A stretch of DNA of 64,000 nt from Pseudomonadota bacterium (GTDB lineage Bacteria; Bdellovibrionota_F; JAHFAK01; JBDREC01): assembly GCA_043820105.1 (NCBI GenBank), contig JBDREC010000004.1, positions 69,682 to 133,681 of the forward strand, read 5' to 3'. A program made the translations under genes and the position numbers. Position 1 is the first letter of the stretch; each line of letters starts with the position of its first letter. Positions 38,128 to 48,459 of this stretch are shown here, in pieces. The notes under the pieces were generated by a model. It had not been told where the DNA came from. It saw only the letters and a list, made by a program, of their open reading frames with translations, and searched no databases.

Positions 38128-39563
38128 AGCATTTTCCTGATTTGCTTTGTATATCTGACCTTGTGACCAGTAAAGAGTTCAAATTGCTTCAGTCCTTGAT
38201 AAATAAAAAAATCTAGACCATCGAATATAATATTATTCTTACCTTTCTTTGCAAGCTTAATTAAGGGAGTTTCAATTGGTCGATAATTGAGTTCAATAAT
38301 GATTTTATTGTTTAGTGCAGGAAGGCTAAAAGGAAAGCCTTTGTAAATTATGCCAACACTTGTACAGTTAATCAATATATCAAAATCATGAGCCTTGATG
38401 TCAAAAAGTGGTTTTACTAAAATATTGTATCTTTTTTCTAGAAGCTTTGCCTTTTCTAAAGTTCTATTAAAAAGTGTAATTTCTAAACTTCTATTATTTA
38501 AAGCCTTAACAAAAGAAGATGCAACTGCACCTGCCCCTAATATGGCGATTTTCTTTTTACTTAAATCTTTAATCTTTTTCAAAAAACATTCTAAGGCATA
38601 ATTATCTGTATTATCGCAAAACACGTTTTTATTTTTAACAGAAACTGTATTTACAGACTCAAAATTTGTGCTCTTAAAATAATTTATTATTAGCTTTTTA
38701 TATGGAGTAGTAATTGATAAACCAAAAAATCTGAGTTCTAAATTCTTAATTCTATCAATTAAATCTCTAAACTCTAAGCTTGATTTCACAAGTATTGGCA
38801 CATAAATACCGTTTATTCCATACTTGTGAAAAAGGTAATTAAATAAAACGTAACCAAGACTTTGCTCAACAGGATTTCCAATCAGGCCATATAGTTTTGC
38901 CTTTGGTTTAAGCCTTTTGATTGAATAAATATCTGTCAGTTTTTTAATATCAACTTGTCCCTGGGCTGTCTTTTTTTCCTGATTAATTGAAGCGTATGTC
39001 CATTTAGATCCATATGAAAGGCATAAGATCCTACTAATATTTGAAGTTTCACCCATGCAAAAAGAAATAATATTCTTTTTATATTTATTCTTTAGTTTTT
39101 TAATATTGGCTAAGACTTTAAAATTATCAGTTGAGTTCTTACCTTGATAAATAAATTTTAAGGCCGAGATTTGAGAGGCTGTTTCTTTATTAAGATTAGG
39201 AGTATGATTAAGATCAAGGATTTTAGAATGGGACGATAATAGGATTTTTGAGTTAATATTTTTTGCTCGTAGAACTTTGATAATAGAATTATAGTTTTTG
39301 TTTAACTCAATATCAATATAATCAGTTTTTCGAGGTTTTAATTTAAGTATTATTTCAATAAATTGTTTTTTATCAAATTTGAATTTGCCACCCTGTGAAG
39401 TTGATCGCAATGTGTAAATAATGGGCATTTTATATAAAACAGGAAAAGAATATAGGGAAAAGTTATTAAGATTCATTAAATCAAGGCGAAGTTCTATAAT
39501 ATCAGCGAGCTTTGTTTCTGGCTTGTTTAGGTCAGCTGTTGTTGTAAGAGAAAGTGCTATCAA
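38115..39563 (-). CDS. aroDE: Bifunctional type I 3-dehydroquinate dehydratase / shikimate dehydrogenase
   Basis: N-terminal IELRLD, R...QGG, YIDIE, SSH, MGE, AQGQ; C-terminal GNPV..SL, TTPYK, VNT, NTD, GAGA, NRT. Confidence 0.88.
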   Translation of the reverse strand: MIALSLTTTADLNKPETKLADIIELRLDLMNLNNFSLYSFPVLYKMPIIYTLRSTSQGGKFKFDKKQFIEIILKLKPRKTDYIDIELNKNYNSIIKVLRAKNINSKILLSSHSKILDLNHTPNLNKETASQISALKFIYQGKNSTDNFKVLANIKKLKNKYKKNIISFCMGETSNISRILCLSYGSKWTYASINQEKKTAQGQVDIKKLTDIYSIKRLKPKAKLYGLIGNPVEQSLGYVLFNYLFHKYGINGIYVPILVKSSLEFRDLIDRIKNLELRFFGLSITTPYKKLIINYFKSTNFESVNTVSVKNKNVFCDNTDNYALECFLKKIKDLSKKKIAILGAGAVASSFVKALNNRSLEITLFNRTLEKAKLLEKRYNILVKPLFDIKAHDFDILINCTSVGIIYKGFPFSLPALNNKIIIELNYRPIETPLIKLAKKGKNNIIFDGLDFFIYQGLKQFELFTGHKVRYTKQIRKMLCKY

Positions 39564-39573
39564 AAAATGGTCC

Positions 39574-40656
39574 TTAAATAATGTTTTTTAATTTTGATAA
39601 AGGGATGTCGTTTTTTACAAAGCTATGTCCAATTGATTTTAATAGGGCCATAGTAATTTTATTGCCCTTGTTTTTTTTGTCATGACCGATTTCTTTTAAT
39701 AGCAAAGCTTTTGTTTTGAGATCAATATTTTTTAAAAGACCATACTCATATAAAAGATTATTATGTCGGTTCATTTGAAAATCGCTTAAATATCCAAGGC
39801 TATTAGAAATAAGAGCTGCTATTTGCATGCCATAGGCCACAGCAAAACCATGACGGATTTTATTTTTAATTTTTATTTGCTCTAAGGCATGACCAAAGGT
39901 GTGACCATAGTTTAAAAGCTTTCTTGATAATTTGCCATTAGAAGCTTCAAACTGATCATTTTCACAAATCATTTTCTTATTATTTATGGATCTGTAAATA
40001 ATTTCATTTAAAAGCTTTTTGTCTTTATTTAATATTTTTATTTTGTTTTCTTCGAATAATTTAAAAAGATCTTTATCAAGGATTATTCCGTATTTTATAG
40101 CTTCAGCAAGGCCACTTAAATATTGCATCTTATTAAGTTTGTCTAGATAATCCGAATTTATAATTATAATATTAGGCTGATAAAAAGAGCCCAGGAAATT
40201 TTTTCTAAGGGAATGGTTAGCAAGATAATTTACCCCTACTTTTCCACCAACAGAAGAGTCAACTTGAGCGAGTAAACTAGTTGGAATTTGTATTAAGTTA
40301 ATTCCTCTCATATATAAGGAGGCAGCGAATCCAGCAATGTCGCCAGTAACACCGCCACCTAAAGCTATTAGGCATGAATATCGATCAAAGTTTAGCTTAA
40401 GCAACTTATCCAAAATCATTTCTACTGTTTTAAAGGTTTTACTTTTTTCACCACTTGGAAATGCAATTAGCTTTTCATTTTTTAGCTTTAATTTATTTTT
40501 GAGCCCTAGGCCATAAAGCTTTTTAATGTTTGCATCACAAACTATCGCGATATTTGAATATTCTTTTTGCAGTTTAAGTAAAATATCTTCTGGTTTGCTT
40601 GAAAAGAATATTTCTGAATTTCTTCCCGCATATTTACATAAAAGTTTTTGGGTCAT
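39574..40656 (-). CDS. aroB: 3-dehydroquinate synthase
   Basis: GEKSK, GGGVTGD, PTSLLAQVDSSVGGK and LNYGHTFGHALE motifs. Confidence 0.96.
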   Translation of the reverse strand: MTQKLLCKYAGRNSEIFFSSKPEDILLKLQKEYSNIAIVCDANIKKLYGLGLKNKLKLKNEKLIAFPSGEKSKTFKTVEMILDKLLKLNFDRYSCLIALGGGVTGDIAGFAASLYMRGINLIQIPTSLLAQVDSSVGGKVGVNYLANHSLRKNFLGSFYQPNIIIINSDYLDKLNKMQYLSGLAEAIKYGIILDKDLFKLFEENKIKILNKDKKLLNEIIYRSINNKKMICENDQFEASNGKLSRKLLNYGHTFGHALEQIKIKNKIRHGFAVAYGMQIAALISNSLGYLSDFQMNRHNNLLYEYGLLKNIDLKTKALLLKEIGHDKKNKGNKITMALLKSIGHSFVKNDIPLSKLKNII

Positions 40657-40669
40657 TTTAACTTTTCCT

Positions 40670-41683
40670 TTAAATCTTTTTATCCACAGCTTTTGCTATG
40701 CCTTTTAATTGCTTCATAAGAATATTAAATTCAGGAAAATTGATGCTTTGAAAACCATCAGTTAAAGCTTCCTCTGGTTTTTCGTGAACTTCTATGATAA
40801 TCCCATCAGCTCCTGCTGCTATTGCAGCTTTTGCCATAGAGGGAACATATTTTCTTACTCCTGTGCCATGACTTGGATCAATAATTATTGGGAGATGGCT
40901 TTTTGCTTGAATCGCGGGGATAATATTTAAATCTAAGGTGTTTCTTGTGAAGTCTGAAAATGTTTTTATTCCCCTTTCACATAGAATGACTTTTTGATTG
41001 CCCTCTGCTAAAATATATTCAGCACATTGTAAAAACTCATTTAAGGTAGCTGACATTCCTCTTTTTAATAAAACAGGCTTGTTAGTTTTACCAACTTTTT
41101 TTAAAAGAGCATAGTTTTGCATATTTCTAGCTCCAATTTGCAGGACATCTGCATAACTTGCTACCAGATTTACATCTTTTGAATCAACAACCTCTGTTAC
41201 AGTGATTAAACCATATGTTTTTCCAGCCTTTTTTAAATATTTTAAGCCTTCTTCTTTTAAACCAGAAAAAGCATATGGAGATGTTCTTGGTTTGTATGCC
41301 CCCCCTCTTAAAAAGTTAGCTCCAGCTAATTTAACAGCTTTTGCAGTTGCCATGATACTTGCTTCATCTTCAATAGAACAGGGACCAGCAATTATTGTGA
41401 CAGAATCATCACCAATTATATGACCTTTTACTTTTATCTTTGTTTTTGCCTGTTTTGCTTCAATTCCAGCAAGTTTATAAGAATTGAGAATTGGAACTAC
41501 TTTTTCAACACCAGGTAATGAAGAAAGAGTATCTATGTTTTTATGCCTTGAATCACCAACAATACAAATAATTGTTTTTTCTACACCTTCACTTACAAAA
41601 GGTTTTAGATTAAAGCTTTCAAGGCGCTTTAATAACTCAGCTCTTTCCTCTTTTGGGCAAGTCTTTTTCAAAATAATTATCAT
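40670..41683 (-). CDS. aroF: DAHP synthase type I-beta with N-terminal ferredoxin-like regulatory domain
   Basis: IAGPCSIE, KPRTSPY, QIGARNMQN, LKRG and DPSHGTG motifs. Confidence 0.95.
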   Translation of the reverse strand: MIIILKKTCPKEERAELLKRLESFNLKPFVSEGVEKTIICIVGDSRHKNIDTLSSLPGVEKVVPILNSYKLAGIEAKQAKTKIKVKGHIIGDDSVTIIAGPCSIEDEASIMATAKAVKLAGANFLRGGAYKPRTSPYAFSGLKEEGLKYLKKAGKTYGLITVTEVVDSKDVNLVASYADVLQIGARNMQNYALLKKVGKTNKPVLLKRGMSATLNEFLQCAEYILAEGNQKVILCERGIKTFSDFTRNTLDLNIIPAIQAKSHLPIIIDPSHGTGVRKYVPSMAKAAIAAGADGIIIEVHEKPEEALTDGFQSINFPEFNILMKQLKGIAKAVDKKI

Positions 41684-41851
41684 AATTTATTATCCTTAAT
41701 CTAGAAATATGATTGTATTGTAGCTATATAAAATTAAATTAAATATGCCAACAAATTTTAAATTTATTTTTTTGTTGATTTCAAATTTACATCATATTTA
41801 ATATGCCTCATATAAATAAACTATGAATACTTTAATCATTTTGAATTACAT

Positions 41852-42823
41852 ATGTATTATAAATATATTTTTAAGTTTTTATGTTGCCTGATATTATTAT
41901 CATGTTCAAGTAACATTGAAGATAAAGTTTCTCAGAAAGCCATGTTTACTGAAAAAGACATTAAAGTTGTGTCTTCTGTAAATGTGGCCAATTCCACAAT
42001 ATATGATAAAATCAAATATACAATTTCAGCAACTTATCCCAAAGAGGCTAAAATAATAATTCCTGATCCTGAGGATAATATCGGTGGTTTAAGGATTGTA
42101 GACTTTGGTGGAGAGCTTGATAAAAGCGTTGATAATCATTTGGAATGCCAAAAGTGGTATGACCTTGAGGCAGACATTGCTAGTAGTTATAGAATTCCTG
42201 AAATTGAAATAATATTTATATTAAAAAACCAAAAGGAAATTACAAAAAGGACACAAGAAATATTTATTACTTTATCAAATGAAGATAAAAACCCAGGCAA
42301 GCAAGGGAGTGATGATATTAAAGATATTAAGCCCAATGTGATAATTCCCTTTTCCTATGCGATTTATATAATAATCGCAGGTTCAGTTTTTCTCTTTTTT
42401 CTTTTATTAGTCACTGGAATAATATTTTATAAAAAATATAAGCTTAAATCCCAGGAAAAGGTCCTGCCTCCTCATGTAAAGGCCAATATGGCTTTACTTG
42501 AGCTTGAGAGTCAGAACCTTTGTGACAAGGGAGAATTTAGTCTTCATTTTTATAAAATGACAGAGATTTTAAAAAGATATCTTGAAGAAAGGTTTTCATT
42601 CTCTGCTTTAGAGATGACCTATGAAGAAATATATAAATATGTTGACCAAATGCAGGAGCTTGATAGTCACTTAAAAGATATTACAATGCGCTTTTTACAA
42701 AAAGCTGAACTAATAAAATTTGCAAAAGTTGTTCCAGAGGCTAATTTTGTTAAACAAAGTCTTACTGACACAAAAACTTTTATTGATAAATCTAAAATAG
42801 AAGATGGTGTAGGAGATGTTTAG
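41852..42823 (+). CDS. bat-cluster membrane lipoprotein (BatD-like Ig domain, TM helix, helical C-terminus)
   Basis: Lipobox LLSC; DIKDIK-TM-LPPH..A..AL; AELIKFAK; overlaps batA. Confidence 0.75.
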   Translation: MYYKYIFKFLCCLILLSCSSNIEDKVSQKAMFTEKDIKVVSSVNVANSTIYDKIKYTISATYPKEAKIIIPDPEDNIGGLRIVDFGGELDKSVDNHLECQKWYDLEADIASSYRIPEIEIIFILKNQKEITKRTQEIFITLSNEDKNPGKQGSDDIKDIKPNVIIPFSYAIYIIIAGSVFLFFLLLVTGIIFYKKYKLKSQEKVLPPHVKANMALLELESQNLCDKGEFSLHFYKMTEILKRYLEERFSFSALEMTYEEIYKYVDQMQELDSHLKDITMRFLQKAELIKFAKVVPEANFVKQSLTDTKTFIDKSKIEDGVGDV

Positions 42824-43814
42824 GTTTCAATATCCATACTTATTAGGAATATTATCTATTCTTCCTCTTCTTTTTCTTTTAAGACAAAGAAAAAAAAGAA
42901 AGAAGTTTTCCTTTGCCTATCCAAGTATTAATATTTTTAAAACTCTTCCAAAAACAAAGAAGACGTTTTTTCTTAAAGCCTTGCCCTTACTAAAATACTT
43001 GGCCATATGTTTTATTGTTTTGGCAATATGCAGACCTCAGTCAGGCGAAAAAACAAGTGAAGTATTATCTGAGGGAATTGATATTGTTTTGGCTATTGAT
43101 ACTTCTGGCAGTATGCAGGCTCTTGACTTTGAGAAAAATGGACAAAAGGTAGACAGACTGACTATTGTTAAAGATGTCGTGAAAGATTTTATAAAAAGAC
43201 GCGAAAATGATAGAATTGGTATGGTTGTTTTTGGGCAGGAAGCTTTTACTCAATGTCCATTAACAATGGACTATGGAGTTTTATTTTCATTTTTAGATAA
43301 GCTTAAAATAGGAATGGCTGGAGATTCAACAGCTATTGGTTCAGCTATCGCTATATCTGTCAAAAGACTTAAGGATCTTTTAGCAAAATCAAAAATCATA
43401 GTTTTACTAACAGATGGACGCAACAATGCTGGTAGAATTTCTCCGGATATAGCATCTGATATCGCAAAATCACTTGGAATAAAAATTTATACAGTGGGAG
43501 CTGGAACTCGAGGAAAAGCACCATTTAAAGTAGAAACTTTTTTTGGTCCTCAATATGTTTATAAACAAGTTGATATTGATGAAGAAACTTTAAAAAACAT
43601 TTCCCAAAAAACACAAGGACAATATTTTAGAGCAACAGATTCAGAATCATTGAAAAAAGTGTATGAGCAAATTGATATGCTTGAAAAAACAAAAGTAAAA
43701 GTGAAAGAATATACAGAATATGAAGAGCTTTTTCCTTATTTTATTTTTCCTGCTCTATTATTAATTCTTTTGTATATATTCTTATCGTCAACGCTTTTAA
43801 GGAGGATACCATAA
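42816..43814 (+). CDS. batA: BatA VWA-domain protein
   Basis: MFRFQYP; MIDAS DTSGS; TAIG; LLTDG.NN; YFRATD. Confidence 0.92.
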   Translation: MFRFQYPYLLGILSILPLLFLLRQRKKRKKFSFAYPSINIFKTLPKTKKTFFLKALPLLKYLAICFIVLAICRPQSGEKTSEVLSEGIDIVLAIDTSGSMQALDFEKNGQKVDRLTIVKDVVKDFIKRRENDRIGMVVFGQEAFTQCPLTMDYGVLFSFLDKLKIGMAGDSTAIGSAIAISVKRLKDLLAKSKIIVLLTDGRNNAGRISPDIASDIAKSLGIKIYTVGAGTRGKAPFKVETFFGPQYVYKQVDIDEETLKNISQKTQGQYFRATDSESLKKVYEQIDMLEKTKVKVKEYTEYEELFPYFIFPALLLILLYIFLSSTLLRRIP

Positions 43815-44807
43815 ATGCGTTTCGGTAATCCTGAATATTTTTGGTTATTATGGCTCATTCCATTAAGCGCTATTTTTATGTTTATTGCATATAAATTAAA
43901 AATAAAAACTATACTAAGGCTTTTTGATGAGGAAATGCTGGAAAAACTTTCTTTGTCTAGAAATAATGGAAGGAAGTTTTTTAAAGTAATTCTAGTTTTA
44001 CTTTGTCTTGCCATGCTAGTAGTCTGCCTTGTTAGACCACGGTGGGGGTTTGAGTGGAAGGAAGTGAAAAGAGTTGGAATAGATCTTGTAATCGCTATTG
44101 ATGTCTCTAACAGTATGCTGGCTCAAGATGTTAAGCCAAATAGAATGGAATGGGCAAAAAGAAAGATTATTGATTTAATAAATATGCTTCAGGGTGACCG
44201 GGTCGGACTTGTGGCTTTTGCAGGACTGGCTTTTTTACAATGCCCACTAACTCTTGATTATAATGCTCTTGATATGTTTCTTGATTCTATTGATACTGAC
44301 TTAATTCCAGTGCAGGGAACTTCCTTAACTTCTGCAATTAAAGTTGCCACAGAGGCCTTTGATAAAAGCGTAAAAAGACAAAAAGCGATAATTCTAATCA
44401 CTGACGGAGAAGATCACGAAAAAGATGCAGAGAAAGAAGCCCTTATAGCTAAAACTTCAGGAATTAAAATATTTACTATAGGCATTGGAGCTTCTCAAGG
44501 TGCGCCAATTCCATTGCCCTCAGGAGGTTTTAGAAAAGATGAGTCAGGTAATTTAATTTTGACAAAACTTGATGAAGTGAGTTTACAAAAAATTGCGATT
44601 CAAACAGGAGGGACCTATATAAGGTCAACAGCTGGAGATCTCGATTTAACACAAGTCTATAAAAAGAATATTAGAAAGAGTATGGATTTAGCTGAAATTG
44701 AAGGAACCAGGCAAAAGAAATGGGAAGAAAGATATTGGATTTTTGCTATATTAGCTTTGTTTTTTCTTTTATTGGATATGCTGATAAGTGAAAGGGGGAG
44801 GGGATGA
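43815..44807 (+). CDS. batB: BatB VWA-domain protein
   Basis: DVSNSMLA.D..PNR, PLTLDY, QGT and ITDGEDH motifs. Confidence 0.92.
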   Translation: MRFGNPEYFWLLWLIPLSAIFMFIAYKLKIKTILRLFDEEMLEKLSLSRNNGRKFFKVILVLLCLAMLVVCLVRPRWGFEWKEVKRVGIDLVIAIDVSNSMLAQDVKPNRMEWAKRKIIDLINMLQGDRVGLVAFAGLAFLQCPLTLDYNALDMFLDSIDTDLIPVQGTSLTSAIKVATEAFDKSVKRQKAIILITDGEDHEKDAEKEALIAKTSGIKIFTIGIGASQGAPIPLPSGGFRKDESGNLILTKLDEVSLQKIAIQTGGTYIRSTAGDLDLTQVYKKNIRKSMDLAEIEGTRQKKWEERYWIFAILALFFLLLDMLISERGRG

Positions 44808-45667
44808 AAGGCGTGCAGGGTACAGCGTACGGCGTACGGCGTGTGGTTTTTGCTCTACTTCTTGTACACATGATAAGTTTTGCCTCTTTTGCTTCTGTTG
44901 AAAATCAGATCAATAAAGCCAATGAGTTTTATAAAGCTAATAACTATCAAGAAGCAATTAATGTTTTGCTTGATGCTCAAATTAATCATCCAACTGATCC
45001 CAAAGTAAATTATAACCTGGGGAACACCTATTATAAGCTTGGGAAATATGAAGACGCTATAAAAAGTTATGGACAAGTAGTTGCTTCTGGAGAAGGCAAA
45101 TATCTTTTTGAATCGTTTTACAATATAGCTAACTCTTATTATCGACAGGGAAAGTTACAAGAAAGCTTGGCTTTTTATCAAAAAGCTTTAGAATTAAATC
45201 CAGAAGATGAAGATACAAGATATAATATAGAGTTTGTGAAAAAAGAGATTAAGAAGAAATTGAATGAAGAGATAGAGAGAAAGAAGGAAGAAGAGAAGAA
45301 GAAAGATCAGCAAGACCAAAAAGATAAGCAAGAGAATCAGCAGGAAAATAAATCTTGTGATAAGCCCGGAGAGCAACAGCAGCAGAATAAAGAACAAGAG
45401 CAAAAAGAAAAAGATGGGAAGAATGAAGAAAATGGATCTAAAGATCAAAAGAAGGAAGAGAAAGTAGAACAAAAAGCAAAAGAACAAGAGAAAAAAGAGG
45501 GTCAGGAAAAGCAAGACAAGAAAGAAAAAGCATCTGAGCAAAAGGCTCAAAAGTTGAGCAAAGAAGATGCTGAAAGACTGTTAAAGGCAATTGAAGAGAA
45601 TCCTGAGAAGTTTAAGAAGCAACAAATGCAAGGTGCGCAAGGGGTGCGTGGTGGGAAGGATTGGTGA
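44804..45667 (+). CDS. batC: BatC TPR protein with charged Q/K/E linker
   Basis: YNLGNTYY and YNIANSYY TPRs; ...AERLL...KDW C-terminus. Confidence 0.88.
   Translation: MKGVQGTAYGVRRVVFALLLVHMISFASFASVENQINKANEFYKANNYQEAINVLLDAQINHPTDPKVNYNLGNTYYKLGKYEDAIKSYGQVVASGEGKYLFESFYNIANSYYRQGKLQESLAFYQKALELNPEDEDTRYNIEFVKKEIKKKLNEEIERKKEEEKKKDQQDQKDKQENQQENKSCDKPGEQQQQNKEQEQKEKDGKNEENGSKDQKKEEKVEQKAKEQEKKEGQEKQDKKEKASEQKAQKLSKEDAERLLKAIEENPEKFKKQQMQGAQGVRGGKDW
44810..44844 (+). repeat. In-frame (G/A)GCGTAC heptamer array in the BatC signal-peptide n-region
   Basis: ggcgtgc agggtac agcgtac ggcgtac ggcgtgt. Confidence 0.85.
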
Positions 45668-45729
45668 TGGTTAATTGTTGGGGATTGGAATAATCAATAA
45701 TTAACAATTAACAATTAATAATTAATATT
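45661..45729 (+). repeat. Two-arm inverted heptamer array between batC and batD
   Basis: GTTAATTGTT (45670-79) is complementary to AACAATTAAC (45703-12); AAYAATY x5. Confidence 0.8.
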
Positions 45730-45739
45730 AAGATAGGCA

Positions 45740-47536
45740 ATGCTGAAGAATTTGAAAAATAAGATTATAGGGTTTATATTTGTTTTTTTTGTTATAAGCT
45801 ATTCTAGTGTCTTTTCTGTTTCTATCGATCTTACTGTTGATTCTTTGAAGGCTACTTTGTCGGATGAGGTTGGAATTAGTATTGCTGTTGATGGAGAGCG
45901 CGACGCCGGTGAACCTAATTTAAAGTTTCCTGAAGCTGCTTTTAAGTTATATTCTCATGGTACAAGCTCCCAGGTGCAAATTATAAATGGGAAAATGGAT
46001 TCAAAGACAATTTATAATTACTCTTTACTACCTCTAAAAGAAGGTGAATTTGTAATTGGGCCCGCTCATGCTGTGATCAAGGGGAAACAATATAAGAGCA
46101 GTACCTATAAGTTAAAAATCGTGAAAGATGTTTCGGGTATAGCTAGCGAAAATACAAAGGATGTTTTCGTTAACCAAGAAATAACTAGCCTCTCTCCTTT
46201 TGTAGGACAACAGCTTTTGTATACTATAAAATTTTATCGTGCAGTAAAGGTATATAATTCAGTAATAGAATCAAGTCCTGATTTTTCTTCATTTTTATCA
46301 TATGACTTGGAGTCACAAGCAGATTATTATGATTATGTGGATTCGAAAAAATATGTTGTTCATGAAATTAAGAAAATTTTATTTCCTTTGAAACAAGGAA
46401 AAATAAAATTAGATCCAGTAGTCATTCGTTGCGAAGTTCCTGTTGAGGAGAAGGGATCAGGGCGCAGATCCTTTGACTCTTTCTTTTCATCTTCCTTTGC
46501 TGAGACAAAGAAGAAGGTCCTAAAAAGCCAAGAATTGATTTTAGATGTAAAGGCACTTCCAGGTTTTGGAAGTTTAAGTAATGATTCTGCTATTGTTGGC
46601 GATTTTTCTTTGACAACAAGTATTGACAAAAACAACGTTAAAGCTTCTGATTCTTTGACAATTAAATATGTATTAAGTGGTCTGGGTAACCTTGAAAACG
46701 TTGATTTGCCACAGTTTTCTGAAATTGAAAATTTGAAATTTTATTATGATAAACCTGAAATAGAAAAAAAAATATCTGGTGATGATATTCACTTTACTAA
46801 AACATTTAAAATAGCATGTGTTCCCGTTATTCAGGGAGAATATGTTATCCCTTCTTTAGAAATACATGTCTTTAATCCAAATAAAAAAAAATATACTCTG
46901 TTAAAAACCAAAGAGCTTAAAATAAGTGTTTCGCCTTCTGATACCCCAAGTCCTAATCCGCCAATTCAAGAAAAAATACAAGCTTCCAAAAACAAGGTGA
47001 AAATATTAGGCAAAGATATTTTGAATATAAATTCCTCTATTCATGGGGCAAATAAGAATGAATTTTCTTTGTTTATTAAAATTATTCTTTTTTTGTTAAT
47101 ACTATTCCCACCCTTATTATTTTTAAGCATTTATTTTTCACAAAAGAAGAAAATGGATTTTGAGAAAAATTACTCAAAAATTAGAAAATCAAAAGCATTA
47201 AATAAAGCAAAAAAAATGATGCATGATATTGAGAAAAAGGTGATGAAAAATGAAAGGCAAAAAGGCTTTAAGCAACCTTATATTGAGCTTTTAAATATAA
47301 TTAGACTTTACATTGGTGATAAGTTTGATTTAAATGGGCTTGCTTTAACAAGTGAAGAAATAAAAATTAAATTGAAAAATGCAGAACTAGAAGATAGTAT
47401 TATTAGGCCTTTATTTGAAAAAATAAATGAATGTGAAATGAGCCAATATGCTTCTTTAGAAAAAGGTCCAAATGAGTTTGTAACATTTATTAAGGAAACG
47501 GAAGTTTTATTAACTAAGTTAGATAAAAGTTTATAA
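45740..47536 (+). CDS. batD: BatD (oxygen-tolerance domain) protein
   Basis: Signal peptide; SSQVQIING; repeated Ig-like domains; C-terminal TM helix. Confidence 0.88.
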   Translation: MLKNLKNKIIGFIFVFFVISYSSVFSVSIDLTVDSLKATLSDEVGISIAVDGERDAGEPNLKFPEAAFKLYSHGTSSQVQIINGKMDSKTIYNYSLLPLKEGEFVIGPAHAVIKGKQYKSSTYKLKIVKDVSGIASENTKDVFVNQEITSLSPFVGQQLLYTIKFYRAVKVYNSVIESSPDFSSFLSYDLESQADYYDYVDSKKYVVHEIKKILFPLKQGKIKLDPVVIRCEVPVEEKGSGRRSFDSFFSSSFAETKKKVLKSQELILDVKALPGFGSLSNDSAIVGDFSLTTSIDKNNVKASDSLTIKYVLSGLGNLENVDLPQFSEIENLKFYYDKPEIEKKISGDDIHFTKTFKIACVPVIQGEYVIPSLEIHVFNPNKKKYTLLKTKELKISVSPSDTPSPNPPIQEKIQASKNKVKILGKDILNINSSIHGANKNEFSLFIKIILFLLILFPPLLFLSIYFSQKKKMDFEKNYSKIRKSKALNKAKKMMHDIEKKVMKNERQKGFKQPYIELLNIIRLYIGDKFDLNGLALTSEEIKIKLKNAELEDSIIRPLFEKINECEMSQYASLEKGPNEFVTFIKETEVLLTKLDKSL

Positions 47537-47538
47537 CA

Positions 47539-48459
47539 ATGGCGAAAAATATAATTTTAAGCAATATTACAAAAAGATATGAAGATAGTGATGTCATTTC
47601 TGATATTAATATAGAAGTTGGTGAAGGAAGCATTTTTGGTTTTATTGGCCTTACAAGCTCTGGAAAATCCACTCTGGCTAAAATAATTGCAGGCCTTACT
47701 CGCCCCTCTTTTGGATCTGTCATGCTTTCAGATGATGAATTTTCTCCTTATATCACTAAAAACAGAAGGCGTGTTGCGTTTGTAGCCAGTCCCAATGGCT
47801 TGCCCGGGCAATTTAATATTAATAAATTAGGAAAATATTATAAGAGAATCTATCCCAAGTTTAATGAGAACCTTTTTTTGGGTCTGCTTAACACTTTTTC
47901 AATTTCTTCAAAAGCTAAAATCTCAAAAGTTGGTTTTTTTAACAGAAAAAAGCTCGCTATCATTTTAGCACTTGCACAAACACCTGAAATTATAGTTATG
48001 GATGAACCCTTTTCAAAGCTAAAAACAGCAGATTGTGATCTTTTAAAAAATGCTATTTTAGATTATAAAGAAAACAATCCATGTTCAATTGTAATTTTTA
48101 CAGCTAACCCCAAATATCATAAAGATTTAAGTGATACTATCGCTTTGCTCGAAAGAGGAAAAATAAGATGTTTAATAAATGTCAGTGCAATTCAAGGTGA
48201 TTATCAGAAGATTATTCTTAGTCCCCCAAAAGATTATGATCCTGATGATTTTAAATTAGAAGGTGTTTTAAGAGTTGATAAAGTTGAAGATAAAATATCT
48301 TTAATTATATTTAAAAACTATAATTTTATTATTGAAATGCTTGAGCTTAATGGACACCAAATAGAAAATGAAAAAAAACTTACCTTTTCTGAACTTATTT
48401 GGGCTCAAGCAAAGCTAGAAATAGAGAAAGAGAAAGGGAGTCTTTTTAATAATGAATAG
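47539..48459 (+). CDS. ABC-2-type ATP-binding protein with degenerate motifs
   Basis: Walker A GLTSSGKST; Walker B VMDEP; signature reads VGFFN; no H-loop His. Confidence 0.8.
   Translation: MAKNIILSNITKRYEDSDVISDINIEVGEGSIFGFIGLTSSGKSTLAKIIAGLTRPSFGSVMLSDDEFSPYITKNRRRVAFVASPNGLPGQFNINKLGKYYKRIYPKFNENLFLGLLNTFSISSKAKISKVGFFNRKKLAIILALAQTPEIIVMDEPFSKLKTADCDLLKNAILDYKENNPCSIVIFTANPKYHKDLSDTIALLERGKIRCLINVSAIQGDYQKIILSPPKDYDPDDFKLEGVLRVDKVEDKISLIIFKNYNFIIEMLELNGHQIENEKKLTFSELIWAQAKLEIEKEKGSLFNNE

Noticed and set aside
45194..45550. Very hydrophobic 118-aa ORF
   Set aside because: Antisense of the K/E/Q-rich BatC linker.
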